Shown: piece after piece, positions 18,508 to 26,508 of the stretch | How the letters are laid out: every line of letters starts with the position of its first letter | Position numbering within the stretch: position 1 is the stretch's first letter | The notes under the pieces: generated by a model | Told to the model about the DNA's origin: nothing | Database searches by the model: none | Seen by the model: the letters and a program-made list of their open reading frames with translations, nothing else | Made by a program: the position numbers and the translations under genes | Source: Elainellaceae cyanobacterium | GTDB lineage: Bacteria; Cyanobacteriota; Cyanobacteriia; CAZCXK01 | Reading direction: 5' to 3' | NCBI GenBank assembly: GCA_051117335.1 | Contig: JBNPEB010000035.1 | Coordinates: forward strand, 67 to 64,066 | Length of the DNA stretch: 64,000 bases

Positions 18508-19746
18508 TTATTCAAGCTTATTGAAAAGAAAAATTCTTGTTAATAGCAACATAGTAGCTAGCATATAGCTTGCAGATAAAGCAATTCCAAGACCAATTAA
18601 AGGATTGCTATATAGTTTAAGAAAAACTAAAAGTGAACAAAATGCGAATCCAAAATATTGCCCACTGCGTCCTAGTAACATCAATATATGCATCTTCCCC
18701 TTAGCAATAAAATATGATTTAAGCAGATTAAACAGAGTAGCACTTAATATGTAGCCATTCATAGAGAAGAATATTGCTACCACTGGTCGCCATACTTCTC
18801 CAAATATCATAGGAACTAATAAAGGAATCCCAAGTGCCATCAATACTATTGCTAAAGTAAGGAATCCAAATATTACCTTCAAACTTTTAATCAAAAATGA
18901 TTTTTGCCCATCAGCAGGATTTCGATGGCTAAAATAATTAATAGCCATTCGTTGTGAAAATGGTTGTAAAAACTGATGAGGTAGGATTGCAAGACGTTGA
19001 GCTTGGAAAAAATAACCTGCTCCTGTCTCTCCTGAAAAAATCCCTACAGTTAATATTACAAGCCGTCCAAATGAGCTTTCTAAAAAACCATCGAGCCAAA
19101 ATGCTCGAACTTGCTTGAAAAGTTCTTGCCAATCCCTGAGTTTAAGCCATCGTAATGGAATAGGTTGTATTCCACGTATGTACTTCAATCCTAGGATCAA
19201 GCTTCCTTGACGGACAAGCTCACGTGCATACAAGACAATTGAGCCTATTCCAAGTAATGCCCCTATTACAGCGAATATATGACCTGAGGAATGTGCTATC
19301 GTTTCTAATAAACTTAAATTCTTATATCGAAAGTTACGTTCATATAAGTTGATTTGCATTGATATCCAGTTCGTGGACAACGAACTTACCAAAAGTAAGG
19401 AAGCTTTTATATCAAGTTTATTGATTAAATATAGGATAGTTGAAGCAGCTATCAAGCCAACAAGGTTTTGCACAACATTTGCAGCTGCATACAAACTCAA
19501 TTTATCTTTTAATTCATCTTTTGGGGTTCTTAAGACAACGGTTCCGATAGGGATACTAATTATTGATTGAGCTAAACCAATATTAGCCATAACAATTGCA
19601 AAGCGACCGAAATCCTCAGGTAAAAGTATTCTAACTAATACAAGATTAGCTAAAAATGCTGTTGCCGCCTGAAAAACTGCTCCGCTCATCATCCATGCTG
19701 CATGACGGGCAATACTGCTTTGAACGCCTTTGAATCGTTTTCTCAA
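18508..19746 (-). CDS. Wzx-type oligosaccharide flippase
   Basis: LVRILLPEDFG motif and multiple TM helices. Confidence 0.85.
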   Translation of the reverse strand: MRKRFKGVQSSIARHAAWMMSGAVFQAATAFLANLVLVRILLPEDFGRFAIVMANIGLAQSIISIPIGTVVLRTPKDELKDKLSLYAAANVVQNLVGLIAASTILYLINKLDIKASLLLVSSLSTNWISMQINLYERNFRYKNLSLLETIAHSSGHIFAVIGALLGIGSIVLYARELVRQGSLILGLKYIRGIQPIPLRWLKLRDWQELFKQVRAFWLDGFLESSFGRLVILTVGIFSGETGAGYFFQAQRLAILPHQFLQPFSQRMAINYFSHRNPADGQKSFLIKSLKVIFGFLTLAIVLMALGIPLLVPMIFGEVWRPVVAIFFSMNGYILSATLFNLLKSYFIAKGKMHILMLLGRSGQYFGFAFCSLLVFLKLYSNPLIGLGIALSASYMLATMLLLTRIFLFNKLE

Positions 19747-19804
19747 ATAATGTTACTCCCTTAAGTATATTTATATAAAATTTGCAATTCAAAAAAGAAG
19801 TAAT

Positions 19805-20929
19805 TCAGCTTAGATGTATCGCAACTATGCTATCGTTTTTATTCTTATCAACACTGATTAATTCCACAAGAGTTCTTTCAATCCATTTCCTGAATAAGTG
19901 AAACTCCGATTCAATCTTAGTTAAGTCAGCTACATAAGCACCAGTTCTGGGATCGCAAGATATTGGGGCACGCTCAAAAATCTGTGGTCGTCTGTCGTTA
20001 GACTTAATATAATTTGAATAAAAAACTACAGGTTTTCCTGCAGCTAAAGTCACAACACATGAATGAACTCTATCTGAAATGGTAAGAGAAGTTCCCTGAT
20101 ATAAGCTTAAGTACGACAATGGGTTGAATGAGAGATATGAATTAGGCTTTGAAAAATCAACATTTATAAAGCTCGTCCCTATTCCATGATTAGGTCTGAT
20201 TATTTCATAAGAATCATAGCTGGAAGGAACATTTCTTAAAAATTCAAAATGCCTTAAATATTTCCAAAATAAACTATATTTTTCAAGCCTATAAGGCTGA
20301 ATATTAATATTCACTATTTCTTCATTCTCGATTTTTATGTAAATGTTCGGTTCAAAGTTTTTGTAGAATGAGAGAGTGATATATTTGTTGCTGCTTTTCA
20401 ATTTTGGCAATGGGCATAAAATATATGAGTAAAAAGCGCAGCATAAGCCATCATAGCAATTCTTAATAAATGGATTTAGTAAATCAAAAGTGTACCTATC
20501 CCTGCTCGATAATCCTAGTGGAGGATATTCTTGAAGGAAAGAAATAATTTTACTTAACTCGTGAGAATTTTCTTCTAAGCTAGAGTGAGAACTAAGGATA
20601 AGATAATCTGCTCCTTTCCTTTTAATCTCCTCGATAAAACTAGCATAATTTTCTAGGAAGCCAGCCCTGAATATTGGGCCAGAAAAGATATATATGTTTC
20701 CATCATAAATTTTCGATATGTTAAAAGCATTGTTCTTAAAGCGTTTTTTAGACGGGCTATTCAAACGAAATGCACGATTGATAGGACCATCTATCATGGC
20801 TACATTCGAGACATTTCCATACATTGACTTAAGCAAGTAATATATGGGGAACTGATAAAACCCGTCTCCTACATTGTTCCAAGTTGAGTTTTCGATTAAG
20901 ATGCTCTTCTGCTCTACGCATTTAGGCAT
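19805..20929 (-). CDS. polysaccharide pyruvyltransferase family protein
   Basis: NVGDGF N-terminal motif, SSRDRYT, ISDRVHSCV. Confidence 0.7.
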   Translation of the reverse strand: MPKCVEQKSILIENSTWNNVGDGFYQFPIYYLLKSMYGNVSNVAMIDGPINRAFRLNSPSKKRFKNNAFNISKIYDGNIYIFSGPIFRAGFLENYASFIEEIKRKGADYLILSSHSSLEENSHELSKIISFLQEYPPLGLSSRDRYTFDLLNPFIKNCYDGLCCAFYSYILCPLPKLKSSNKYITLSFYKNFEPNIYIKIENEEIVNINIQPYRLEKYSLFWKYLRHFEFLRNVPSSYDSYEIIRPNHGIGTSFINVDFSKPNSYLSFNPLSYLSLYQGTSLTISDRVHSCVVTLAAGKPVVFYSNYIKSNDRRPQIFERAPISCDPRTGAYVADLTKIESEFHLFRKWIERTLVELISVDKNKNDSIVAIHLS

Positions 20930-21307
20930 TTTTAGTTCTCCTGATTTATAGCTCTTACCGAGTCAAAAACTTTTATCAAAAGTCTGTGAAATCCAAAAGG
21001 GCAATAGAAGCATTGCCTAGACTTTGATAAGAAATCAACATGACCTATTAGTGCAGTACTTAGTAGCAACATGTTTTATCCGCTCTGCTCCGCAGATAAG
21101 TATGATATGAACTTCACCCATACGGCCTTTCATCCCATACAGCAAAACGCCTCTCATCATCTCTGTTCAACCTTTTGAATCAGCCATCAGGACAATGGGC
21201 GATACGCACACAGCGCAGGTAAATTAACGCCACAATTCACCCGCAACATTCTTAGTTCTCATCCCAAAAATCTAAGGATGTCGCCATTCCGTCTCCATGA
21301 ACACGAC

Positions 21308-21334
21308 AAAAAAAGAGTGAGCACTGCTCACTCT
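21308..21334 (-). terminator. intrinsic terminator in R1
   Basis: AGAGTGAGC-agt-GCTCACTCT stem followed by a T-run on the minus strand, downstream of the PIN gene. Confidence 0.75.
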
Positions 21335-21499
21335 CTAATCAAGAGGTTTGATGATGACCCTAACCATGCTCCATCAGCGCATGACCCAAAATCTAGATTA
21401 AGAGCCATAGCGTTCCAAACAGAAAACGGACACCCGTCAACCGAGACAATAAACCTGTAGACAGTCCTGACCCCATCGAAACCGTGAAGATTCAGGGCG

Positions 21500-21523
21500 T
21501 TGGCTTGCCTGGGCGCAGCCCGT
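21500..21523. repeat. 24-nt HIP1-inserted element, family A, copy 3
   Basis: GCG[TTGGCTTGCCTGGGCGCAGCCCGT]ATCGC at the right edge of R1. Confidence 0.9.
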
Positions 21524-21546
21524 ATCGCCCCTTCAAAACCCACCTT

Positions 21547-21936
21547 TCACAGTAACTTTCCATCAAGCTCCTCATACTTGGAAAACTGACGATCAACTGA
21601 CATTAAATCGCAATCGTGAGCGATCGCCGTTGCAATAATCAATCGATCTTGTGGATCTCGGTGATGCTCTGGAAGGTCTACCGCAATACTTGCAATTTGT
21701 GGAGTGATAGACAGGAGAGTAACATCAGAACCCTCAAGTGCTCTTTCAAACCAGGTTATTCGATCAATCGACAACTCGATGCGCCCATGACCGTCTAGCC
21801 AAGCAACCTCAAAACAACTAATAGCAGACACTGCCACAGCATCGCTCGACTCAATCTGTTCCTTTCGCGCTGCTCCAAGCTTCGCAATGTCTTCGTTAAT
21901 CCACCACAGCCAGATGTGAGTATCCAAAACAATCAT
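21547..21936 (-). CDS. VapC-like PIN toxin (PIN1)
   Basis: MIVLDTHIWLW, SAISCFE, HRDPQDRLIIATA motifs; ATGA overlap with the upstream antitoxin. Confidence 0.9.
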   Translation of the reverse strand: MIVLDTHIWLWWINEDIAKLGAARKEQIESSDAVAVSAISCFEVAWLDGHGRIELSIDRITWFERALEGSDVTLLSITPQIASIAVDLPEHHRDPQDRLIIATAIAHDCDLMSVDRQFSKYEELDGKLL

Positions 21937-22214
21937 TGAGGAAGATTCCAATCACTTTCCGGAATCGTATCAATGATGTCGCCTAAAGTTGTCATCTTTC
22001 CCGCAATATCAGAGTGAGGAGCACGTCGCTTAGTTGTTGGGGCACTCACAGTGTCAATCACCAGAAAAATAGCCTCAAACTGCTTATTCGGTGGTAACTT
22101 AGGGACATGCTTTAAGTTCCCCGATGCATCTGTTTCCAGCATCAACCGTTCTGCATCCATTGCTGAGTCTCCCATTAACCTGGCTTCTCTACGCTTATAG
22201 CACAGTCCCAGCAA
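21933..22214 (-). CDS. putative VapB-like antitoxin AT1
   Basis: Small gene coupled to PIN1; true start probably MGDSA or MDAER. Confidence 0.7.
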   Translation of the reverse strand: MLGLCYKRREARLMGDSAMDAERLMLETDASGNLKHVPKLPPNKQFEAIFLVIDTVSAPTTKRRAPHSDIAGKMTTLGDIIDTIPESDWNLPQ

Positions 22215-22300
22215 TCATTCACACAGACGCAATACACACCACGTGTAGATAGGTCACGCCACGGATTACTCGCAACTTTCTTAGCTCTCATCATGCACAC

Positions 22301-22560
22301 CTGAGGATGCCGCCATTCCGTCTTCATGAACACGACGAAAAAAAAGAGTGAGCACTGCTCACTCCTTGATAAAGAGGTTTGATGATGACCCTAACCCTGC
22401 CCCATCAGCGCATGACCCAAACTCTAGATTAAGAGCCGTAGAGTTCCAAACAGAAAGCGTACACCACTCAACCTAGACAATAAACCTGTAGACAATCCTA
22501 ACCCCATCGAAACCATGAAGATTTAGGGACTTTTACTCGCCTGGGCATCACCCGTATCGC
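22301..22560. repeat. non-coding repeat R, copy 2, ending in a degenerate family A element
   Basis: Alignment to R1; GCCTGGGC..CCCGTATCGC at 22539-22560; terminator-like hairpin 22338-22364. Confidence 0.88.
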
Positions 22561-22604
22561 CCCTCTTGGCCTCCACTCACCCTACACACGACTTGGCAAA
22601 CTTT

Positions 22605-22661
22605 ACGAAGAAAAAAGGGTTGTGGGCGCGCAACGCGCGCCCACAACCCTTTTTTCTTCGT
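22605..22661. terminator. perfect 27-bp inverted repeat, probable bidirectional terminator / REP-like palindrome
   Basis: ACGAAGAAAAAAGGGTTGTGGGCGCGC-aac-GCGCGCCCACAACCCTTTTTTCTTCGT. Confidence 0.75.
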
Positions 22662-22742
22662 TGCAATTGGAGAAGTTTGCCAAGTCGTACCTACAAACTC
22701 TGAGGGTGAATCATCAGGATGGTGTTATCAGAAGAGAGGGCG

Positions 22743-22766
22743 TTGGCTTGCCTGGGCGCAGCCCGT
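22743..22766. repeat. 24-nt HIP1-inserted element, family A, copy 5
   Basis: GCG[TTGGCTTGCCTGGGCGCAGCCCGT]ATCGC. Confidence 0.9.
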
Positions 22767-22798
22767 ATCGCTCTATATCTTTCCTTGAATCCCACCAC

Positions 22799-23173
22799 CT
22801 ACAACCGTTCAAGCAGTGGATCAAAAAGCTTTAAATCAGGAATCCACCGGAAATCATCCGTATTGTGGGTCAGTAGCGTTAGGTCATACCGGAGAGCAGT
22901 TCCCGCAACCAATGAATCTCCTAGTGACAATTTACGCTGTTGTCTCAGTTCAATCGCTTGAGTCGCAACATCATGCGTAACGGGCAGAATATCCGTAACG
23001 TCAAAAAATTCCTCAAAAAATTGGCGATCGCAGTCACTCAGCTTGTGATATCCAAAGACCTCAACATAGCTGACTAGAGACACTGAAGGAGCATGCTCAG
23101 CAATAAAATCCCGTAACACTTCGTTTTGAGGCTGAGCCGCATAAATAATGAGATTACTATCCAGCAACATCAC
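22799..23173 (-). CDS. VapC-like PIN toxin (PIN2)
   Basis: LLDSNLIIY, SYVE, LGDSLVAGTAL, THNTDDF motifs; ATGA overlap with AT2. Confidence 0.9.
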   Translation of the reverse strand: MMLLDSNLIIYAAQPQNEVLRDFIAEHAPSVSLVSYVEVFGYHKLSDCDRQFFEEFFDVTDILPVTHDVATQAIELRQQRKLSLGDSLVAGTALRYDLTLLTHNTDDFRWIPDLKLFDPLLERL

Positions 23174-23505
23174 GATTCACGATCAGGTAGCCCTCGCTCC
23201 TGTCGGATATCCCGTTGCCACATGAATGGATCAACATCACTAAATGTTCCTCCCTCAGCAACTTTAGCCAGTGCAGCAGCCATTGCCTTGCCCCGGTTTA
23301 AGGATGAGATAGAACGCTCCTCAGGTTGCATGGCAGGCACATCACCAACAACCAGAAAAATAGCCTCCAATTGCTTATTCGGTGGCAACTTAGGAACATG
23401 CCTTAAATTTCCCGATGCATCTGTTTCCAGAATTAACCGTTCTGCATCCATTGCTGAGTTTCCCATCCACATGGCTTCTCTAATCTTATCGCACAATCCC
23501 AGCAA
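23170..23505 (-). CDS. putative VapB-like antitoxin AT2
   Basis: Shares the MDAER..EAIFLV segment with AT1/AT3 but has a DPFMWQRDIRQERGLP tail. Confidence 0.7.
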   Translation of the reverse strand: MLGLCDKIREAMWMGNSAMDAERLILETDASGNLRHVPKLPPNKQLEAIFLVVGDVPAMQPEERSISSLNRGKAMAAALAKVAEGGTFSDVDPFMWQRDIRQERGLPDRES

Positions 23506-23638
23506 TCATTCGCATAGACACAGTACACACAACGTGTGGATACATCATTACATCGCGAACACTACCACATAAATCAAAGCTTCTTTTTTCACCCCGTAAT
23601 TGGCAACTTACGAACCTGTACAGGTTTATCCTCTACCG

Positions 23639-23881
23639 TCAAAGCCTAACCGTCTTTGAGTTCCTGGTAACTCGATCTGAAACAGCCCAAGCCGCATAGT
23701 TGAGCGCTTGTTGAATATCCTCAGCTTCCAACTCTGGATACGCCTCAAGTATTTCTGAAATCGATAGACCGCTCGCAAGTAGCTTCAAAATAAAACCAAC
23801 AGTGATTCGCATTTCACGAATCGTTGGCTGTCCCAAGCAAACCATTGGATTGAGGGTAATTCTATCAAGTGGGTTCGTCAT
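23639..23881 (-). CDS. DUF433 domain protein (orphan)
   Basis: RITLNP..CLGQPTIR.MRITV..IL..LASG..YPELE.EDI..ALNYAA. Confidence 0.88.
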   Translation of the reverse strand: MTNPLDRITLNPMVCLGQPTIREMRITVGFILKLLASGLSISEILEAYPELEAEDIQQALNYAAWAVSDRVTRNSKTVRL

Positions 23882-23985
23882 TTGGAAACGAATATACAGT
23901 GCCTATTCGAAATGTTAGCTGATCTCAGAGCCTCCAATCGACTCCATAATGCACCCGCATTCGTCTTATGTCTCATCACGAACAC

Positions 23986-24163
23986 CTAAGGATGTCGCCA
24001 TTCCGTCTCCATAACCACGAAAAAAAAAGAGTGAGCACTGCTCACTCTTCAATCAAGAGGTTTGATGATGACCATGACCATGCTCCATCAGCGCATGACC
24101 CAAAATCTAGATTAAGAGCCGTAGAGTTCCGAACAGAAAACGTACAGCTCTCAACCTAGACAA
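23986..24163. repeat. non-coding repeat R, copy 3
   Basis: Alignment to R1/R2; hairpin 24027-24049 plus minus-strand T-run, directly downstream of 24170-24544. Confidence 0.88.
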
Positions 24164-24169
24164 AATTCA

Positions 24170-24544
24170 CTACGCCGCCGCAGCAGGTTGCGCCGCAGCA
24201 GGTTGCGATCGCACTGGGCGTTTCCGCTCACTCTTCCGCTTTCCTCCTGCCATCTCATACTCATTGCTATTCTTCCCATAGGTCGTCGCAATGCCCATCA
24301 GCATCAGCTCCGACATATCCTTCAGCTCCTTCTCCGCCGCCTCCACATCATTAATCAAACTATCAAGCTTCGAAAGCGCCATGTTATAGTCCGACAGAAG
24401 AGTTCTCAAATGCGAAATTTTCGAGTTGTAATTGTCCAGAGACAACCCATTTCCCATATCCAACTTGAGATCAATCGACTGGATTGCCACAGCTCGCAAC
24501 TCAGACTTATTCAAAACCGGAGACGTTCTTTTTTTTCTAGGCAT
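24170..24544 (-). CDS. hypothetical helical protein with basic termini
   Basis: 124-aa ORF, amphipathic helices, YEMAGGKRKSERKRP end; resembles an uncharacterised family I recall from cyanobacteria (not verified). Confidence 0.75.
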   Translation of the reverse strand: MPRKKRTSPVLNKSELRAVAIQSIDLKLDMGNGLSLDNYNSKISHLRTLLSDYNMALSKLDSLINDVEAAEKELKDMSELMLMGIATTYGKNSNEYEMAGGKRKSERKRPVRSQPAAAQPAAAA

Positions 24545-24944
24545 TGCCTTAAACTTCCTGATGTGTAGAATTACCCGTCTTTCAACCCGCAGTGATTACC
24601 GTGAGAACATCCTCAATAGAACTCCCTCAATAGAATCCACCCTGAAGAAATCCTCAATCCCATGTTTCGTAAAGACTCTTCTACTCTAATCAGACCCATA
24701 TCTTCCAGGGTTGAGCAAGAACACGGAAACGATTGCAAACCATGCTGCGATATTAAAAAAAAGTGTCGTATTGTTACGGAACCGATTTAAGAGGATATTG
24801 ACCTCGTTTTTTTACGCTACCCATCCATCCAATACGACGAGAGACAAACCCCATTCTCAAAAACTTCCATCACACTCGATTGCACGTTAATGAAATCGAT
24901 ATTTGCTTATATCTACGTTGATTAGACTTAAACGAAACTTATAT

Positions 24945-25457
24945 TCAGAACAACCAACTCGATTCAACTCCTATCGAATCGAGTTTGACTTCCATCAAAT
25001 CGAGTTTGACTCTTATTGAATCGAATTTGACTTCCATCAAACTCGATTCAACTCTTATCAAAGCGAGTGCCTCTGGTTCCTTTTCTCTAAATGGGAACCC
25101 CATAAGCATGTCAAAAAAATGGCGAAATGCTCTTAACGAATTGAGCAATCCATAACTCTCTGTTGAGATGACTGCAAGGCGAACCCCATCGATAGATTGA
25201 GTCATGCGCTGTAATAGCAAGCTGTGCCAGTGAGAAGTATTTGACACATTATTCTCGAAGTATGATGCAATAAGCTTTAGCAAGTCTTCGATTGCACTGT
25301 AACTGTTGTGCAACTGATAGGCCACGCCCTCCAACTTCTCAGGATTACCTGGAGCCAAACCTTTGGATCGCTCCTCCAGTAATGCAAACACTCGTTCAAT
25401 GGCTTGCCGCTGAGCCAAAATATCTGCCTTCAGGACAGCTAGCTCATTCTCCTGCAT
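24945..25457 (-). pseudogene. HepT-like HEPN RNase toxin, frameshifted
   Basis: LHNSYSAIE, WHSLLL; LRAFRHFF then -1 shift (adding one base restores RHFFRHAYG); the ORF tail runs into the 21-bp repeats. Confidence 0.75.
24956..25065. repeat. 21-bp periodic repeat array
   Basis: About five 21-nt units starting AACTCGATT or AATCGA(G/A)TT. Confidence 0.7.
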
Positions 25458-25526
25458 AGCAGACCCCGCTGACGAATCCGTTCAGCAAAATGACACTCAG
25501 GCCTGCAATCGTAAGATAGGCAGTCC

Positions 25527-25885
25527 TTACAGCTCATTCCCTTCTGAGAGAATCGTTTTCGCCAATTCCGGACGACATCGCTCCATCGCCACCAAATCGA
25601 CCTTAAATTCAGGCGACACATACTGTAAGCATGCGATTGCTATCAAATAATCATCTTGAGACAATCCCCAAACCGCTAAGTCAACATCAGACGAAAGCGA
25701 AAACCACTGCCGATGACTCAACGAACCAAACACCATCACCCGTGTTGCACCATACTCTTGTTTCAAGATACATGCCGCCTGCTAAGCAACCGTCATCGCC
25801 CGCTCAAGTCGCTGAGCCAGTTGATTGTTTCTTTCTTCCTGGCGTTGTCTTAACGTTTCTCGATAGTCAGCAAGATGATGCACAG
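25527..25885 (-). pseudogene. MNT nucleotidyltransferase antitoxin with premature stop
   Basis: VFGSL..SDVDLAVWG..KVDLV; N-terminal helix separated by in-frame TAG at 25782-25784; 5' boundary approximate. Confidence 0.75.
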
Positions 25886-25941
25886 CTCTAGAGTTTGATG
25901 AATAGTCTCAGAATACAGCCAGATGTGAGTATCCAAAACAA

Positions 25942-26247
25942 TCATTGAGGCAGATTCCAATCACTTTCCGGAATCGTATCAATGAGGTCGCCCAAAATTC
26001 TCATCTTTCCCGCAATATCAGGGTGAGGAGCACGGCGCTTGATAGTTGGGGCACTTACAGTGTCAATCACCAGAAAAATAGCCTCCAACTGCTTATTCGG
26101 TGGCAACTTAGGAACGTACCTTAAATTTCCCGGTGCATCTGTTTCCAGGATTAATCGTTCTGCATCCATTGCTGAGTTCCCCATCAACATGGTTTCTCTA
26201 CGCTTAATCCCAACGATCATTAGCACAGACGCGATGCACGCCAGCAA
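25942..26247 (-). CDS. putative antitoxin AT3 (near-identical to AT1), followed by a ~10-codon PIN1 remnant
   Basis: Sequence match to 21933-22214; MIVLDTHIWL remnant at ~25916-25945. Confidence 0.7.
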   Translation of the reverse strand: MLACIASVLMIVGIKRRETMLMGNSAMDAERLILETDAPGNLRYVPKLPPNKQLEAIFLVIDTVSAPTIKRRAPHPDIAGKMRILGDLIDTIPESDWNLPQ

Positions 26248-26269
26248 TCCTCATTTTGAAACGTTATTT

Positions 26270-26440
26270 TGAAACGTTAGACCAATAGCCTGAGCCGCAA
26301 CATCATTCATGATTGGCAGGACATCTGTAATCTCAAAAAATTCTTCAAGAAACGGGCGGCGATCGCTCAACGTGTGATGCCCTAAGCATCTCAATATAAC
26401 TAACCAAAGAAACAGAAGGAGCATGTTCAGCAATAAAGAT
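26270..26440 (-). pseudogene. internal fragment of a PIN2-like toxin
   Basis: FIAEHAPSVSLVSY and FLEEFFEITDVLP..DVAAQAI match 22799-23173 in shifted frames. Confidence 0.7.
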
Positions 26441-26508
26441 CTGCGAAGGGGCGTCCTATAACTAGATTGTCATTTTTCCAATGATCTGCCGGGGATGGTT
26501 CAATCGAT

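Larger units (their letters stand above)
21272..21528. repeat. non-coding repeat R, copy 1
   Basis: Aligns to 22301-22560 and, over its first ~180 bp, to 23986-24163; weaker similarity extends further left. Confidence 0.9.

Noticed and set aside
21100-21200. Possible MNT 3' remnant (..GVLLYG) on the minus strand
   Set aside because: Match is too short and needs frameshifts
21278-24159. Conserved small protein encoded by repeat R (plus-strand ORFs 21278-21460 and 23968-24159)
   Set aside because: The A-run varies between copies and puts a stop in copy 2; it is the terminator T-tract of the other strand
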